A stretch of 64,000 nt of DNA, from assembly GCF_009914755.1 (NCBI RefSeq), contig NC_060931.1; one strand, written 5' to 3'. The translations under genes and the position numbers were made by a program. The DNA comes from the human T2T-CHM13v2.0 reference genome, Homo sapiens. Numbering within the stretch: the stretch's first letter is position 1; every line of letters starts with the position of its first letter. The notes under the pieces are model-generated. The model had not been told where the DNA came from and searched no databases. It worked only from the letters and a program-made list of their open reading frames with translations. This document shows positions 59,298 to 64,000 of the stretch, piece by piece.

Positions 59298-59859
59298 TAC
59301 TTAAAAAAGCAAACCAGAAGATGGGGGTATGAGTATGACCCTGAATTCTCATTCACTCTCTTCGCAGGTAAGATCCAAGTTTGATTAATTCCAATTCTGA
59401 TTGAGTCTGAATCAAAAAGCACATCAAAGACCACCAGAAAATAGTCAAAAATAGGTTAAATTTTGAATTGGTGAACGCTACCCTCTGCCTATTGAAAGGA
59501 CTCCCTACGTATCTATGTTCATCCAGACAAGACAAACTCCTCTCTAGGGCATCCTGTGAACTATCAGTTAAGGAGAAAAGTTTACCCTAGACCTCTTCTG
59601 GACTGTTACAATTCTGGAAAAGCCAGTAAATTTTTAAACCTGAAGCACTGCTTTGGCCCTTAGTGGCCTTGAAAGCAACCACCTCTCTACACTTGACTCA
59701 CTCCAACTACCGCACAGAAACGTGTGAACTTACATTTGAATAAATAACACCCTGCAAACACATCTGTTACATAAATGTCATTGGGTTGGGGTAAGATAAC
59801 AAGCAACTTCTAGGAGCTAATGTGGGCAAACTTCTGAAAAGTGTGGCGTGTTTCAAATA

Positions 59860-60720
59860 CGTCTTAGGCAACGTCCTATAGTGCAGGCCGGTCGCTCTCA
59901 GACTGTCTCCTCTTCAATATTCGGAAGAGACTGTGGGTGAAGCTGCAGTACAGAACCACAACACCCCTATTTAACGTAAAAACGGCCTTTTGGCCCTCAA
60001 TCCAAACACGAAAAAACAAATATTGGAACAGGTCGCAAGACTACCGAAACGTCTGCCTCCAGGATCTGGAAGACAGTTTAACTACAATACCTCTCCAAAC
60101 AAGGACTGCAAGATGGACACTTGAGACTCGCGACAAAGCACCACGTTTTCCAAGTGGGGCATTCTGGCAGGCACCACCGCAGAGGCCAGTGCAGCCAGCC
60201 CACAGGACCCTTGCACAAGACGGAGCCTCTCCCGAGTCTGGCGGCCCACGCTCCCGCCGGAAACCGGACCCGCAGCGTCGTGGGAGGAGCCTGCGCTGCC
60301 GGGCTGCGGCGTGACGGCAGCGCGTACGCCGAGCGTCGCCGCCGCTCTAGTCTCAGGGCCGGAACCATCCTCTTCTCGCTGGTCCTGTGCGCGCCGAGGT
60401 TTTGCCCATTCTTGGGCTTGGTGGGGATTTCGGGCTGACGCTTTTTCCACTCAAAGGCTAAGGAGACGACATGGAGATGGGCGAATAGGGAAGGGGTGGA
60501 AGGGGTTAAGGGGGTCCCGTGGGCCTCCAATGACCCCTGAACCCCGTGCCTTTAGTTTTACCGGCTGGAAGCCCCAAGTTTAGAAACCTTGAGTGCCTAA
60601 GAAGACGGACCCGGAGCTGGGGCCCTTAGAGGGACGTGGAAGGCGGACTTAGAAGACTAATATTGTCAAAAGATGTTTTTGTTGTCGTTTTTTTCCCTGA
60701 CGACGTTGTGGGAAATTAGT
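59860..60720 (-). promoter_or_regulatory. ORC5: ORC5 CpG island promoter and 5' UTR (TSS probably ~60300)
   Basis: Only dense non-repeat CpG cluster in the window, surrounds exon 1; ETS-like CCGGAA at ~60257 and TGACG half-sites at ~60312 and ~60436; no TATA box seen. Confidence 0.88.
60091..60162 (-). CDS. ORC5: ORC5 coding exon 1 (MPHLENVVLCRESQVSILQSLFGE, 72 nt)
   Basis: ATG at 60162-60160; translation matches the ORC5 N-terminus; donor GAG|gtattg. Confidence 0.98.
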
Positions 60721-62265
60721 GGCATTGAGTACAAAACAGGGTGTAATGGGGTTTAATGCACAGCTTGGAATTACTATTTTTTGTGCAAGCTTTAAACCAG
60801 ATGTGGAAAGCCTCTCAGTCCTAATGGGATGAAGTCGTAGTGTGTGTTGGTGAGGTTGATAGTAAAAATAATGCTACTTTTAGCATTAGGCTTTCACGTG
60901 TATTTATTTGTGAGGCACCTACTAGCGACTAAACACTAGAAGATTCTGGAAATAAGATACAGAAGTAGGCAAGTGCATGGTGGAAAGAGAGCTTGGCGTC
61001 CTGAAACCCCTGGGTTGGGACCACTGACTGACTCAACTGCTGAATAGGGGGACTTTGGAATAGTTGAGCCTCAACTTCCTTATCTATAAAATAGGGATAA
61101 TACTGGCTAGGTTATTGCTAGGAGTAGAAGATCCTGTACATACTACCTGTTATACATAAATTTAAATTGTGGACTTCAATCTGCCCATAGATTGTAGATC
61201 AGTCTTAGATTTGTGATGGTCAAAAGGATCTTTTGAGAGTTGTGGTATATAACGTATTAGCTAGTCAAAATAGTATTTTCACAGCAACAATTCAAAAGCA
61301 TTTGCCCAGGTACTTTTTAATAGAGAATTCTAAAGGTTATAATGGGACCACCCATTAAATTTCAATGTCTCCAAGGGAAGCTGGCCTCTGATACTCTCCT
61401 AAGATGGTTATACGTCTGTAACATACTGTGCATATAAGGTATACATATATTATAATCATAACACGACATCTTTATAGCATTCAATAAAACTGACTAAACT
61501 GTCTAAAATGTTAGTCTCCCTCTCTATATACTTTATGAGGACAGGAAACACTGTCTTCACAGTTCAATTTCCAGCATACACAGTTAACGCCTGGCAGTTA
61601 CATAATAAAGATAATTGTTGATCTGAGAGAACATGCCTTACCATCTGGATGATTTAGGATGGTTTCTCAGAGGAGAGAACCTGGAAGCTGAGGCTGAAGA
61701 AAAGATTCACCTGTGAGACCAAGAAGGAAATTGTAAACAAAAGAATGTACAGACAAAAAGGGACAAATGGGCAATCCCATAACTGAAACTAGCAAATAGT
61801 TTTTACATATAAACCTGGAGAGTAGTAGGAGGTCAGGCTGGGGACCAATAAAGAATTGTAGGCAGAGAAGCAAATGTTGAGATTTGACTTAGAAATATTC
61901 CTTCTGGCTACAGTGTGGAAAGTGGAATCAATTTCATTTGTTGAAACGACTATTGCAGTCTCCCAAACAGTGAATAATAATGGCCTCGATAGGCAGCCAA
62001 GATGGCCGAATAGGAACAGCTCTGGTCTACAGTTCCCAGCATGAGTGATGCAGAAGACGGGTGATTTCTGCATTTCCATCTGCGGTACTGGGTTCATCTC
62101 ACTACGGAGTGCCAGACAGTGGGCACAGGATAGTGGGTGCAGTGCACCGTGCACGAGCCAAAGCAGGGCGAGGCATTGCCTCACTCAGGAAATGCAAGGG
62201 ATCAGGGAGTTCCCTTTCCTAGTCAAAGAAAGGGGTGACAGACAGCATCTGGAAAATCGGGTCAC

Positions 62266-62439
62266 TCACACCCTAATACTGCGCTTTTCCGACGGGCTTA
62301 AAAAATGGCACACCAGGAGATTATATCCTGCACCTGGCTCCGACGGTCCTACGCCCACGGAGTCTCGCTGATTGCTAGCACAGCAGTCTGAGATCAAACT
62401 GCAAGGAGGCAGCGAGGCTGGGGGAGGGGCGCCCGCCAT
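62266..62439 (-). CDS. L1 ORF0 copy, truncated to 57 aa
   Basis: MAGAPPPASLPPCSLISDCCASNQRDSVGVGPSEPG... matches primate L1 ORF0; ATG in GCAATGG context; premature TGA after RV. Confidence 0.7.
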   Translation of the reverse strand: MAGAPPPASLPPCSLISDCCASNQRDSVGVGPSEPGAGYNLLVCHFLSPSEKRSIRV

Positions 62440-63022
62440 TGCCCAGGTTTGCTTAGGTAAACAAAGCAGCCAGGAAGCTAAAACTAGGTGGAGCCCACCA
62501 CAGCTCAAGGAGGCCTGCCTGCCTCTGTAGGCTCCACCTCTGGGGGCAGGGCACAGACAAACAAAAAGACAGCAGTAACCTCTGCAGACTTAAATGTCCC
62601 TGTCTGACAGCTTTGAAGAGAGCAGTGGTTCTCCCAGCATGCAGCTAGAGATCTGAGAACGGGCAGACTGCCTCCTCAAGTAGGTCCCTGACCCCTGACC
62701 CCTGAGCAGCCTAACTGGGAGGCACCCCCCAGTAAGGGCAGAATGACACCTCACACAGCCGGGTACTCCTCTGAGACAAAACTTCCAGAGGAATGATCAG
62801 GCAGCAACATTTGCTGTTCACCAATATCCACTGTTCTGCAGCATCCACTGCTGATACCCACGCAAACAGGGTCTGGAGTGGTCCTCTAGCAAACTCCAAC
62901 AGACCTGCAGCTGAGGGTCCTGTCTGTTAGAAGGAAAACTAACAAACAGAAGGGACATCCACACCAAAAACCCATCTGTACATCACCAGCATCAAAGACC
63001 AAAAGTAAATAAAACCACAAAG

Positions 63023-64000
63023 ATGGGGAAAAAACAGAGCAGAAAAACTGGAAACTCTAAAAAGCAGAGTGCCTCTCCTCCTCCAAAGGAACGCAGTTCC
63101 TCACCAGCAATGGAACAAAGCTGGTCGGAGAATGACTTTGACGAGTTGAGAGAAGAAGGCTTCAGACGATCAAACTACTCCAAGCTACAGGAGGAAATTC
63201 AAACCAAAGGCAAAGAAGTTAAACACTTTGAAAAAAATTTAGACGAATGTATAACTAGAATAACCAATAGAGAGAAGTGCTTAAAGGAGCTGATGGAGCT
63301 GAAAGCCAAGGCTCGAGAACTACGTGAAGAATGCAGAAGCCTCAGGAGCCAATGTGATCAACTGGAAGAAAGGGTATCAGTGATGGAAGGTGAAATGAAT
63401 GAAATGAAGTGAGAAGGGAACTTTAGAGAAAAAAGAATAAAAAGAAACGAACAAAGCTTCCAGGAAATATGGGACTGTGTGAAAAGACCAAATCTACGTC
63501 TGATTGGTGTACCTGAAAGTGACGGGGAGAATGGAACCAAGTTGGAAAACACTCTGCAAGATATTATCCAGGAGAACTTCCCCAATCTAGCAAGGCAGGC
63601 CAACATTCACATTCAGGAAATATAGAGAATGCCACAAAGATACTCCTTGAGAAGAGCAACTCCAAGACACATAATTGTCAGATTCACCAAAGTTGAAATG
63701 AAGGAAAAAATGTTAAGGGCAGCCAGAGAGAAAGGTTGGATTACCAACAAAGAGAAGCCCATCAGACTAACAGCAGATCTCTCAGCAAAAACTCTGCACA
63801 CCAGAAGAGAGTGGGGGCCAATATTCAACATTCTTAAAGAAAAGAATTGAAAAGAATTTTCAACCCAGAATTTCATATCCAGCCAAACTAAGCTTCATAA
63901 GTGAAGGAGAAATAAAATCCTTTACAGACAAGCAAATGCTGAGAGATTCTGTCACCACCAGACCTGCCCTAAAAGAGCTCCTGAAGGAAGCACTAAACAT
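63023..64000 (+). pseudogene. L1 ORF1p, inactivated
   Basis: Stops TGA 63410-63412 (CGA>TGA) and TAG 63623-63625, plus a short duplication creating TGA at 63848-63850. Confidence 0.93.

Larger units (their letters stand above)
61990..64000 (+). mobile_element. LINE-1 5' end (L1PA4/5-age): full 5' UTR plus disrupted ORF1, runs off the window
   Basis: Begins GCAGCCAAGATGGCCGAATAGGAACAGC (YY1 site); ORF1 MGKKQSRKTGNSK from 63023; ~1030-nt 5' UTR retains the ~129-bp segment lost in younger L1s. Confidence 0.96.

Noticed and set aside
59937-60583. Overlapping 90-150 aa ORFs around exon 1 as a divergent or antisense gene
   Set aside because: Expected in GC-rich CpG-island DNA with few stops; no recognisable protein other than ORC5 exon 1.
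63023-64000. Retrotransposition-competent L1
   Set aside because: ORF1 has at least two nonsense changes and a frameshifting duplication.

Overview
Human genomic DNA; a near-consensus, human-specific AluYa5 identifies the species. The window holds most of ORC5 (origin recognition complex subunit 5) on the minus strand. The CpG-island promoter and exon 1 lie at ~59.9-60.7 kb. Coding exons 1-12 were traced base by base (all GT-AG introns, 1149 nt = 383 codons); the remaining 3' exons lie left of base 1. Reading exon 9 through its donor gives a 324-aa short form followed by an AATAAA. The introns are packed with transposable elements: a ~10.9 kb ERV1 (MER65-like) provirus with nested MER50, MER4, L1 and Alu insertions in intron 8, a chimeric MST/THE1 element in intron 3, a MER21 with two nested MaLR LTRs, and many Alus, DNA transposons, MIR and L2. 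The 5' end of an L1PA4/5-age LINE-1 starts ~1.7 kb upstream of ORC5, head-to-head, so its antisense promoter and ORF0 point at the gene. I see no new multi-gene system. The best leads are the L1 antisense promoter/ORF0 facing ORC5, two inverted L1s truncated at the same L1 position that bracket exons 9-12, a ~95-bp L1 target-site duplication, a 15-nt L1 3' transduction, and a template-switch scar beside exon 5. Repeat subfamily names are from recognition, not from a database run.
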